NCBI GenBank assembly: GCA_963819735.1
Contig: CAWFXC010000005.1
Coordinates: 425,825-489,824 of the forward strand
DNA: 64,000 nucleotides
Direction of reading: 5' to 3'
From: an uncultured Actinomycetes bacterium
Lineage (GTDB): Bacteria; Actinomycetota; Acidimicrobiia; IMCC26256; DASPTH01
The translations under genes were made by a program, and so were the position numbers. The notes beneath the pieces were generated by a model that worked only from the letters and a program-made list of their open reading frames with translations, ran no database searches and was not told the origin of the DNA. Numbering within the stretch: the stretch's first letter is position 1; every line of letters starts with the position of its first letter. Shown here one piece after another: positions 19,734 to 27,914 of this stretch.

Positions 19734-20237
19734 TCAGGGCGTGCCGAGCGTGTCGCCAGCTCCCGCGCGGATCTTGTTCATGAGACCGACGAGCTGATTC
19801 AGTTCCTGCTGCGTGAGCGGGATGGTCGAGAACAGGTTCCGGTTCAATTCGTCGACGGCTTTGTCGAACACGCGCCGCCCCTTCGCGGTGATCTCGGCGA
19901 GCACCGTGCGGCCGTCGCCGGGATGGGGGAGACGCCGGATCAGCCCGGCCACCTCGAGGCGGTCGACGGAGCTGGTCACGGTGCCCGGTGTGATCCAGAG
20001 CCGCGCCCCGACCTGGCCGAGCGGCAGCCGTTCGCCCTGCCGGAGCAGGCCGAGCACCTGATACCGGGCGAAGGTGAGATCGAGCGGTCGCAGGAGGTCG
20101 TTCGCCTGCGCGAGCAGGATCTGCCAGCCGCGCATCACCGAGACGACCGCGGCAACCCCTGCCGAGCTCTCCTCCCAGCCCTGGGTGATCCAGTGCTGGC
20201 GGGAGGCATCAACGGGGTCGTACGCGAGCCGAGACAT
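19734..20237 (-). CDS. MarR-family transcriptional regulator
   Basis: 167 aa, LDLTFARYQVLGLLRQGERLPLGQVGARLWITPGTVTSSVDRLEVAGLIRRLPHPGDGR. This is a winged HTH of the MarR type. Confidence 0.88.
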   Translation of the reverse strand: MSRLAYDPVDASRQHWITQGWEESSAGVAAVVSVMRGWQILLAQANDLLRPLDLTFARYQVLGLLRQGERLPLGQVGARLWITPGTVTSSVDRLEVAGLIRRLPHPGDGRTVLAEITAKGRRVFDKAVDELNRNLFSTIPLTQQELNQLVGLMNKIRAGAGDTLGTP

Positions 20238-20248
20238 GTGGCGACATG

Positions 20249-22684
20249 CTATGGAAGCGGAGCCGTTCCGATGACGTGGTCGGCTTCGAGGGCCGCGACC
20301 TCATCGTCGGTGAACCCGATTGCCGCCAGCGTCGCGTGGGTGTGCTCGCCGAACCGCGGGGCGTGCCTCACGTGGAACCGTTCGGGGCCGCGCGAGAAGC
20401 GAATCGGAAGCGTCGCATGGCGCGCGGTGCCGGCCACGGGATGGTCGACCGATTCGAAGAAGCCGCGGAAGCGGAGCGGAAGGAGTTCGCCCTGCTGATG
20501 TGGCTGCAACACGTGAGCCACCGGGACGCCCGCGTCCCACAGGCACTCCACGATCTCGTCGCCGCGGCGCCCGTCGCACCATGCCGACAAGTGGGCGTCG
20601 ATCAGGTCGTGCTGCTCGCGGCGTCCCGGCACGGTCAGCAACGTCGGCTCCATTGCCCACTCCGGCTGCCCGAGCGCGGTTCGGAGTGCCTGCCACTCCT
20701 CGTCGGTCGTCACCGAGATGGCGACCCACGAGTCGCGGGTGCCGTCGCCACCCGGATCGGCGGGATCGGCGGTGCGGTACAGGTTCTGCGGGGCCGCGGT
20801 CGGGCCGCGGTTGCCGTCGCGCTCGAGCCGCGCGCCGTAGGCCGAGTACTCGATGACCTGTTCGGCCGCCACGTTGATCGCGGCGTCGACCATCGCGGCC
20901 TCGACCAGCGCGCCGTCGCCGGTTTGTTCGCGGCGCTCGAGCGCGAGCAACAGGCCCACCAGCGCATGGATGCCGGCCGCGGGATCACCGACGCAGTACG
21001 GGGAGAGGGGATTGGCGTCGGGATAGCCCGTCATCCAGCTGAGCCCCGACGCGTCCTCCATGACGAACGCGAACGCGGGATCGTCGCGCCACGGCCCGTC
21101 GAGCCCGAACCCGGGCATGCGGACCATCACGAGATCGGGGCGAATGGCGCGGGCGGCGTCGAAGTCGAGCCCGATCTGCTCCAGGACGCGCGGTGTGTAG
21201 TTCTCGACGATCACGTCGCAGGTCGCGAGCAGCCGGCGGAGCGCGTCGCGCCCGCGTTCGTCGGCCAGGTCGAGGGTGACGCTCTGCTTGTTGGTGTTCA
21301 GGGCGGAGAAGATCCCACACCGCTCCCACCACTGATCCTCGGTGAACGGAATGCCCGCGAGCGTGCGAGTGCCGTCGGGTCGGGAGGGCGATTCGATGTG
21401 GATGACCTCGGCCCCGAGCAGGGCGAGGATGTGTGTGGCGAGCGGTCCGGCCCAGAACGCAGTCATGTCGAGCACGCGCAGGCCCGCGAACGGGAGCGGC
21501 CGCTCGTCGGTGGGCGTCGGGGTGGGGGACGACGACGCTTGCGGCGGCCGCGGCGGTGTCGCGTTCATCGCGGTGTGCTCACCGAGGCGCGGGGCGGGCT
21601 CGGGCGGGCGCAGCATCGAGGGTCGCATACGGAACGGAGGGCCGGGTTGCGTGAAGCCGTCGCGCGGGTTCTCGACGAACGAGCCGCGCACGCGGAAGTG
21701 GTCGGTTGCCGGAAGCGTGGCTCCAGTGCCGATCGGTGCGTGGGGGATCCGGAATGCCGCCGCCAGGTCGAGGATCTCCTCGACCGTGTGGTGGCCCGCC
21801 CAGTCGTGGATCAACTGCGCGATTGGCGCCCGGTTGGTGCGGAGCGAGGGATCCTCGCTCCACTCGGGGTGGCCGACCATCACCCCGAAGTCGAGCCACT
21901 GCTGACCGGTACCGGTGCCGAGGCCGACGAGCCCGTCACGCGCCGTTTCGATCCCCGGCGTCGGGATGGACCGGCCGGACCGGTACGGCCGGTCGGCCAG
22001 GTCGAAGAACGTGACCGGGTAGTAAGTGAGGCACAGCGCCTGCACCTCGAGCATGGACACGTCGACGAGCTCGCCGGGGTCGCCGGGGTCGCCGACCCGA
22101 TGGCGCGCCCGCGACACCAGCGTGCCGATCGCGGCGTACGCGCCGCTGAGCCACTCGCCCACCTGACCCCCCACGGCGACCGGTGGTCGGTCGGGCGCGC
22201 CGCGGCCCAGCCCGATGATCCCGCCCGACCACGCCTGGAGGGTGAACTCGGTGGCCCGGCGGTCGCGCCATGGCCCGTCGAGGCCGAACGGGGTGATGGC
22301 GGTGACGGTGAGGTGGGGGTGGGAGCGCCGGAGCGCCGCCGGATCGAGTGCCGGGTGCGCGGCGAGACGCGAACCGCGCGACCACACGACCGCGTCGGCC
22401 GAGTCGAGCAGTCGGGCGACGGTCGCGAGGTCGTCGTCGCGATCGGCGTCGGCGACGGAGCTCGTCTTCGAGCACGCGAGGAAGCTGAACAGCGCGCCGT
22501 CGCCGTCGGCGGGGATCGCCGCGCCCGACGCCGACCAGCGACGCAGGGGATCGCCGTCGGGATCCTCGACTTTGATCACGTCGGCGCCGCCGTCGGCCAG
22601 GAGTTTCGTGCAGTAAGCGCCGGCGATGCCCGTGGACAGATCGACGACGACGTAGCCGTCGAGCGGAGACCCGGACGACGTCAT
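20249..22684 (-). CDS. family III CoA-transferase (CaiB/BaiF) with two tandem domains in one 811-aa polypeptide
   Basis: Two N-terminal-type signatures are present. The first is LDGYVVVDLSTGIAGAYCTKLLADGGADVIKVEDPDGDPLRRW at about residue 8. The second is FAGLRVLDMTAFWAGPLATHILALLGAEVIHIESPSRPDGTR at about residue 400. Confidence 0.85.
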   Translation of the reverse strand: MTSSGSPLDGYVVVDLSTGIAGAYCTKLLADGGADVIKVEDPDGDPLRRWSASGAAIPADGDGALFSFLACSKTSSVADADRDDDLATVARLLDSADAVVWSRGSRLAAHPALDPAALRRSHPHLTVTAITPFGLDGPWRDRRATEFTLQAWSGGIIGLGRGAPDRPPVAVGGQVGEWLSGAYAAIGTLVSRARHRVGDPGDPGELVDVSMLEVQALCLTYYPVTFFDLADRPYRSGRSIPTPGIETARDGLVGLGTGTGQQWLDFGVMVGHPEWSEDPSLRTNRAPIAQLIHDWAGHHTVEEILDLAAAFRIPHAPIGTGATLPATDHFRVRGSFVENPRDGFTQPGPPFRMRPSMLRPPEPAPRLGEHTAMNATPPRPPQASSSPTPTPTDERPLPFAGLRVLDMTAFWAGPLATHILALLGAEVIHIESPSRPDGTRTLAGIPFTEDQWWERCGIFSALNTNKQSVTLDLADERGRDALRRLLATCDVIVENYTPRVLEQIGLDFDAARAIRPDLVMVRMPGFGLDGPWRDDPAFAFVMEDASGLSWMTGYPDANPLSPYCVGDPAAGIHALVGLLLALERREQTGDGALVEAAMVDAAINVAAEQVIEYSAYGARLERDGNRGPTAAPQNLYRTADPADPGGDGTRDSWVAISVTTDEEWQALRTALGQPEWAMEPTLLTVPGRREQHDLIDAHLSAWCDGRRGDEIVECLWDAGVPVAHVLQPHQQGELLPLRFRGFFESVDHPVAGTARHATLPIRFSRGPERFHVRHAPRFGEHTHATLAAIGFTDDEVAALEADHVIGTAPLP

Positions 22685-22690
22685 GAACCG

Positions 22691-23806
22691 CTACGCGCTC
22701 CACCGGGGGCTCGACGTGAGCACCTCGGGTGCGGTGTCCGTGATCAGCACCGCTTCCTGCCCGATGACGGCACCCACCTCGGCGTCGGCAACGTAGCCGG
22801 TGACCGCGACGACCGTGCCCACGTCGAACCGCGCGGCCGCCGCAGTTCGCGGGAGGTCGCGGACCACGAGTGGTTCGTCGAGGCCCAGCCCCAGTCCGCG
22901 AGCGATCGGTACCCCGGGTACCGGTTCGCCGGCCGCTTCGTACGCGGCGAACAGCGCATCGCCGGTCGCTCCCGGCCGGCACGCCTTGGCGAGCCGGGCC
23001 CACAGCGCGTCCCACCGCCGGTACAGGTCGCGCGCGCGAGACGCGTGCCCGCTTTCACCCGCGAGCCAGGTGCGGCCGACCTCACCCGTGTACCCACCGG
23101 CGACGACGCCTGCGGCAAACGAAACGAGATCGCCGTCGCGAACCCGCGCGTCGCGACTGTGCCTCGGCGGTGTCGTGATCCGCACGACGTCCTGAATGGC
23201 CGGCGTCGTGACGCCGTGTGACGCGATGGCATCCATGAACACGCCGCTGAGCTCGCGCTCGCTGACGCCCGGATGTAGCCCGGCGACCGCCGTCGCGAGC
23301 CCGGACTCGGCGATGGCGATGGCGGCGCGGATTGCGGTCACCTCTTCGTCGGTCTTCACCCGCCTCGCTTCGCTGAGCGCGCGTTCGCCGTCGACCATCT
23401 CGGCCCCGGGGAATGCCGTCCGCAGGAGCCGCGCGAACAGCGGTGACAGCGCATCGGTGCCGACGCGTCGCGGTTCGACCGCGTCGCCGATGCGTTGCAG
23501 CACCGACACGAGGTTCATCGGGTTCCACGTGAGGCCGTAGAGGTGCTCGTGCGGGATCTCGTCGGGCACGCCTTCGTCCCATGTGCTCAGCAGGTGGACG
23601 GCGCCGGTGGCGCGTACGAGCACGCAACCCGGCGCGAACGCACGCGCCCCGGCGTTCCAGAGCAGCGGCGCGCCCGCGACGTAGCGGATGTTGGCGGGGC
23701 GTCCGAGCACGAGGATGTCGAGATCGTGCACGGCCATCGCGGCGAGGGCGCGGCGGCGGCGTCCGTACCGCAAGGCCCGTTCGTCGGGCAGGACGTCAGT
23801 CGCCAT
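22691..23806 (-). CDS. M24-fold (creatinase/prolidase-like) protein with degenerate metal ligands
   Basis: The fold is recognisable from the N-terminal creatinase-like domain and the pita-bread C-terminus. However, the ligand positions read VSFAAG, GYTGEVGRT, IARGLGL, AVTGY and GQEAVLIT (see finding). Confidence 0.8.
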   Translation of the reverse strand: MATDVLPDERALRYGRRRRALAAMAVHDLDILVLGRPANIRYVAGAPLLWNAGARAFAPGCVLVRATGAVHLLSTWDEGVPDEIPHEHLYGLTWNPMNLVSVLQRIGDAVEPRRVGTDALSPLFARLLRTAFPGAEMVDGERALSEARRVKTDEEVTAIRAAIAIAESGLATAVAGLHPGVSERELSGVFMDAIASHGVTTPAIQDVVRITTPPRHSRDARVRDGDLVSFAAGVVAGGYTGEVGRTWLAGESGHASRARDLYRRWDALWARLAKACRPGATGDALFAAYEAAGEPVPGVPIARGLGLGLDEPLVVRDLPRTAAAARFDVGTVVAVTGYVADAEVGAVIGQEAVLITDTAPEVLTSSPRWSA

Positions 23807-25007
23807 AGGGGTCGTAGGGGTAGTCGGTCAGGTTCCGGCAGCCGTCGTCGGTGACCACGAAGACGTTCTCCGACCGGTAGCCGTGGTGGCCCTCGTCCCA
23901 CACGATCGGCTCGATCACGACGACCGTGCCCGTCTCGAACACGAGCCCGGCGTCGAACTCGTCACCCAGGTCGGAGCCGACGAACGGCATCTCCGCGCTG
24001 TCGAGCCCGAGCCCATGGCCGAGGTAGAAGTGGGCCATCCAGGGCCGCTCGCCGCCCACGGCCCGAGCGGCGCGGGTGAGATCGGCACCGGTGGCACCCG
24101 CGTGCAGCGCGCCGGTGGCGGCGTCGCTGATCGCGCGCCACTGCCGGTACTGCGCGTGCTGCCGAGCCGTCGGTTCGTTCCCGACGACCCACGTGCGCCC
24201 GAAGTCGGAGTGGAACCCGTCGCACAGGATCCCGGTGTCGACCCAGAGGACGTCGCCTTCGTCGAGCTCCCGCTCGGTCGTGAGCAACGGGCAGGCGATG
24301 TCGCCGTGGACCGTCCACGGGAGGTCGGCCTGCCGCCCGGGCATCACCTGCCAGATCGGGTCGAGGATGTTCGCATCCGCGCCGAGGTCGAACACGCGGT
24401 GGAGGAAGCGGGCGGTCAGGTCGGTCTGCCGCATCCCCGGCTGCAGGTGCGCCTGCACGTCGACCATCGCCTGCTCGGTGATCCACAGCGCGTGGCGGAG
24501 ACCCGCCAGCTCGTCGGGTGTCTTGACCAGGCGCGCGGGTCCGAGCACCTCGCTGGCGGCGCGGGGCGGCCACTCGGCGAACAGCAGGTGCTGGTTGCGG
24601 TTCATCGCCGCGGTCATGTCGTCGACCGCCACCGCGGCGTTCGACGGGACCAGACCGCGCCACACCTCGGCGAACGCCTCGATGCCCTCGTCGAAGTCGA
24701 GATACGTCGCGCCGTGCAGATGGTCAGCGTCGAGCTCGAGGTCGAGCGCGGCAACATCGTCACGGAACGTCGTGAAGAGGTGCGGCGATACGTCGTCGGC
24801 TACCACGATCGCGACGGGGCGCTCGACGTTGGCGCGGCCCGCGTCGTCGAGCGGCCAGGTGGCGCCGGTGGCGTAGGTGACGTTGCTGTTGCCCAACAGG
24901 AGCAGTGCATCGACGCCCTGTTCCGCCATCGCCGCGCGCAGGCGGACACTGCGCGCCCGTCGCATGCGGGTGAAGTCGGGCTGCGTGGGGATGTCGATCG
25001 TCGTCAT
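23796..25007 (-). CDS. M24 family metallopeptidase / Xaa-Pro dipeptidase-like hydrolase (ligands intact)
   Basis: LWVDTG, GFHSDFGRTW, LGHGLGL, VVIEP and YRSENVFVVT are present, so all five canonical metal ligands are there. The gene overlaps the downstream M24 paralog by 11 nt. Confidence 0.85.
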   Translation of the reverse strand: MTTIDIPTQPDFTRMRRARSVRLRAAMAEQGVDALLLLGNSNVTYATGATWPLDDAGRANVERPVAIVVADDVSPHLFTTFRDDVAALDLELDADHLHGATYLDFDEGIEAFAEVWRGLVPSNAAVAVDDMTAAMNRNQHLLFAEWPPRAASEVLGPARLVKTPDELAGLRHALWITEQAMVDVQAHLQPGMRQTDLTARFLHRVFDLGADANILDPIWQVMPGRQADLPWTVHGDIACPLLTTERELDEGDVLWVDTGILCDGFHSDFGRTWVVGNEPTARQHAQYRQWRAISDAATGALHAGATGADLTRAARAVGGERPWMAHFYLGHGLGLDSAEMPFVGSDLGDEFDAGLVFETGTVVVIEPIVWDEGHHGYRSENVFVVTDDGCRNLTDYPYDPYGD

Positions 25008-25150
25008 GCCGGCGGACCGATCTCACCACGGTCGCGGCGCGTTTCCCCAGGCGTGTCCACTGGAGTGTCCACTCGAGTTCCCCCCGACACCGTGGTCCGG
25101 CCCTCGGCGACTGCTGGTTGCGTTTTTACTTTGATATCGTAAGACTGTCA

Positions 25151-25645
25151 ATGCCGCGCCACTTCAGGAGGCCAGCGTTGATCGAGACGAGTCCCTTACG
25201 GCCCACCGACCTGTTCCACACCGGGATCGTCGTCGACGATCTCGTTGCCGCCCAAGCGGAGTTCGGTGCGCAACTCGGAGTCACCTGGCTCGTCGGGGGA
25301 GGTGACGTCCGGATGGTCACCGACGACGGTCCCCGGATGGTGCACGCGGCGTACACGCTCTCGGCGGAGGGGCCGCACCACGTGGAGTTGGTCCAGGCGG
25401 TGCCGGGCACCCTCTACGCCGTCGGCGGCGCCCCGCGAGCCCACCATCTCGGCTATTGGACCGACGACGTGCCGGCGGCGTCGGCCGCGCTCGCGCGAAG
25501 TGGGCTGGCGAAGGAGTGCAGCATCGACGTGGGCGATGAAACCGCCCCGATGTGCGCGTATCACCGAGCGGGAGACGGGTTCTACATTGAGTTGGTGAGC
25601 TCGGCGATGCGGCGCGTGCTGTTCCCGTCGACCAAGCGACCTTGA
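25151..25645 (+). CDS. VOC (glyoxalase/bleomycin-resistance/extradiol dioxygenase) family protein
   Basis: LFHTGIVVDDLVAAQAEF ... HHLGYWTDDVPAASAAL ... FYIELV. ATG 25151 is preferred over the TTG at 25118 used by the ORF track. Confidence 0.78.
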   Translation: MPRHFRRPALIETSPLRPTDLFHTGIVVDDLVAAQAEFGAQLGVTWLVGGGDVRMVTDDGPRMVHAAYTLSAEGPHHVELVQAVPGTLYAVGGAPRAHHLGYWTDDVPAASAALARSGLAKECSIDVGDETAPMCAYHRAGDGFYIELVSSAMRRVLFPSTKRP

Positions 25646-25671
25646 CGAACATTACGACGTCGAAGTAAATT
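25642..25671 (+). promoter_or_regulatory. candidate sigma-70-type promoter TTGACG-18 nt-TAAATT upstream of the amidohydrolase-crotonase-Rieske-ligase operon
   Basis: The hexamers were read directly: TTGACG at 25642-25647 and TAAATT at 25666-25671. They lie in a locally AT-rich patch of an otherwise GC-rich sequence. Confidence 0.35.
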
Positions 25672-25725
25672 CTGGAGCCCGTGCTCGTCGAGCACGAGCG
25701 CGGGCCGAGTGGGGGAGTAGCGCGC

Positions 25726-26934
25726 ATGGAGAGAACCAGCACGCGCGAATCGACCGAGGTCCGGTATCCGTCGGGCGAGCTCGGTGCGCCCAAGGGGCGT
25801 CACGGCCACGCCGGTTCGGTCGACCTCGGCCTCCCGCCCGGGACCGAGGTCTTCTCCGCCGACAATCACATCTCCCTTGCCGAGGACATCTTCTACGAGC
25901 GCTTCCCTGCATCGCTGCGGGAGCGTGCGCCGCGCGTGTTCTACGAGGGCGACGCCTGGACCCTCGGGGTGGGGGGCAAGAACATGCTCCCGCCGGTGTT
26001 CACCAACGTGCTCATGCAGTACGACCCGCTCGCCGGTTCGAACACCGCCGACCTCGACGCACGCCTGGCCGAGCTGGCCTCCGACGGCGTGACCCGCGAG
26101 CTCGCGTTCCCCAACGCGATGCTCGGCCTCCTCGGCTATCCCGACCTCGAGGTGCGCGACCTCTGCTTCCGCATCTACAACGAGCACCTCGCGGAGCTGC
26201 AGGAGCGGGCCGACGGCCGTTTCTACGGTGTCGGACTCGTCAACTGGTGGGACGTCGACGGCGCCCGTCGCAGCCTGTCGGAGATGCAGGCCCTCGGCAT
26301 CAGGACGTTCTGGATGCCGCTGAAGCCGGGCACCCACGCCGACGGCACACCGATCGACTTCAACAGCGAGCGGCTGGCCGGGTTCTGGGAGGCGGTCGAC
26401 GACGCCCGGCTCCCCGTGTCGCACCACATCGGCGAAGGTCCGATCTCGTCGCCGTGCGCCACGAACGGCCTGGCCGTCAGCATGGTCCACCAGGCCGCGC
26501 CGTTCCGCGAGATGTTCGCTCGGTACGTGATCGGCGGTCTGCTCGACCGGTACCCGAACCTGCGCATCGGATGGTTCGAGGGGGGCATCAACTGGGTGCC
26601 GTCGGCCATCCAGGACGCCGAGCACATGTACGCGTCGTTCCACCACATGCTCGACACTGAGATCGAGCACGACGCCCGGTACTACTGGGACCACCACATG
26701 TACTCGGCATTCATGGTCGACCCGCTCGGTCTGGAGCTCGTCGACGACATCGGGCTCGACCGGGTCATGTGGTCGTCGGACTACCCGCACAACGAGAGCA
26801 CGTTCGGCTACTCCGAGCGGTCCATCGCCGCGGTGGTCGACGCGGTCGGGCCGAAGGACGCGGCGAAGATCGTCAGCGGCAACGTGCTCGACTTCCTCGG
26901 CCTGCCGCCGGCGCGTGACGACGGAGCGCAATGA
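25726..26934 (+). CDS. amidohydrolase-2 family protein
   Basis: FSADNHISLAED, HHIGEG and WSSDYPHNESTF are present. ATG 25726 has a ggggga SD. The alternative GTG 25681 is used by the ORF track. Confidence 0.88.
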   Translation: MERTSTRESTEVRYPSGELGAPKGRHGHAGSVDLGLPPGTEVFSADNHISLAEDIFYERFPASLRERAPRVFYEGDAWTLGVGGKNMLPPVFTNVLMQYDPLAGSNTADLDARLAELASDGVTRELAFPNAMLGLLGYPDLEVRDLCFRIYNEHLAELQERADGRFYGVGLVNWWDVDGARRSLSEMQALGIRTFWMPLKPGTHADGTPIDFNSERLAGFWEAVDDARLPVSHHIGEGPISSPCATNGLAVSMVHQAAPFREMFARYVIGGLLDRYPNLRIGWFEGGINWVPSAIQDAEHMYASFHHMLDTEIEHDARYYWDHHMYSAFMVDPLGLELVDDIGLDRVMWSSDYPHNESTFGYSERSIAAVVDAVGPKDAAKIVSGNVLDFLGLPPARDDGAQ

Positions 26935-27914
26935 CCGAGCTGCCCTCACCCGAGGAGATCGTCCTCTATCACAAGGACCGCGACACGAAGATCGCGACGA
27001 TCACGCTCAACCGGCCGGAGCAGCTGAACGCGCCCACGATCGGCGCCCGGCTCCGGTACGCCGGCCTGCTCCACCAGGCGAACGTCGACGACGACGTGAA
27101 GGTGCTGGTCGTGCGCGGTGCCGGTGACAACTTCGGTTCGGGCGCCGACCTCCCCGAGCTCGCGGCGCTCCAGGCGGAGTCGCCGGAGGCTGCGATGCGG
27201 GCGGAGATGGACCTCGAGGGCGCCGACGTGGCGATCCCGCCGCCCACCTCCTATCGCGGCAGCGCCACCCTTCCGCAGTGGTACGCCGACCCGCGCGCCG
27301 GATGCCGCACCCTCGCCGACTTCAAGAAGATCAGCATCGTCGAGGCGAAGGGCTACTGCTACGGCTGGCACTTCTACCAGGCGGCCGACGCCGATCTCGT
27401 GATCGCGTCGGACGACGCGCTATTCGGTCATCCGGCGTTCCGCTACGTGGGGTGGGGCCCCCGGATGTGGTCGTGGGCCATGACGATGGGGATCCGCACG
27501 TTCCAGGAGATGGTCTTCACCGGGCGGCCGTTCACCGCCGACGAGATGGCCGACTGCAACTTCGTCAACCGCGTCGTTCCCCGCGGGGAGCTCGAGGCCG
27601 AGGTCGACAAGTACGCCACTGCCTGCTCGCGATCGCGTCCCACCGACGCCGTCGTGATGCAGAAGATGTTCTTCCAGATGATGAAGCAGCACCAGGGCGA
27701 GTACATGGGCAGCCTCCTCACCGCATTCCTCGAGTCGATGGGGAGCCGTGTCCGGTCCGACGGCGGCGACCTCATGCTCACGCAGGACGTCTACGACGGC
27801 GGTCTCGGCAACGCGGTCAAGATGAACGATGATCTGTTCCCGCCCGAGTTCCGCCTGAGCAAGAAGGGCCGCGCGCGTCCTGCCCCGGGCGACGACGAAG
27901 GGTCTGCGCAGTGA
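26931..27914 (+). CDS. enoyl-CoA hydratase/crotonase-fold protein
   Basis: IATITLNRPEQLNA, VLVVRGAGDNFGSGADL and EAKGYCYGWHF are present. There is an ATGA overlap upstream and a GTGA overlap downstream. Confidence 0.85.
   Translation: MTELPSPEEIVLYHKDRDTKIATITLNRPEQLNAPTIGARLRYAGLLHQANVDDDVKVLVVRGAGDNFGSGADLPELAALQAESPEAAMRAEMDLEGADVAIPPPTSYRGSATLPQWYADPRAGCRTLADFKKISIVEAKGYCYGWHFYQAADADLVIASDDALFGHPAFRYVGWGPRMWSWAMTMGIRTFQEMVFTGRPFTADEMADCNFVNRVVPRGELEAEVDKYATACSRSRPTDAVVMQKMFFQMMKQHQGEYMGSLLTAFLESMGSRVRSDGGDLMLTQDVYDGGLGNAVKMNDDLFPPEFRLSKKGRARPAPGDDEGSAQ

Noticed and set aside
20246-23221. Very long plus-strand ORF (991 aa) and many similar long ORFs antisense to the genes called here. Examples are 33321-35435 (704 aa), 60104-62122 (672 aa), 55002-56858 (618 aa), 61999-63666, 8793-10211, 25582-26949, 31754-33100, 36178-37371, 47213-48433, 14914-16080 and 16570-17847.
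   Set aside because: Their translations are dominated by Arg, Gly, Pro, Asp and His runs with no recognisable motifs. Each lies exactly antisense to, or out of frame with, an ORF that has clear family signatures. This is the expected stop-codon-poor shadow-ORF artefact of a roughly 70% GC genome.
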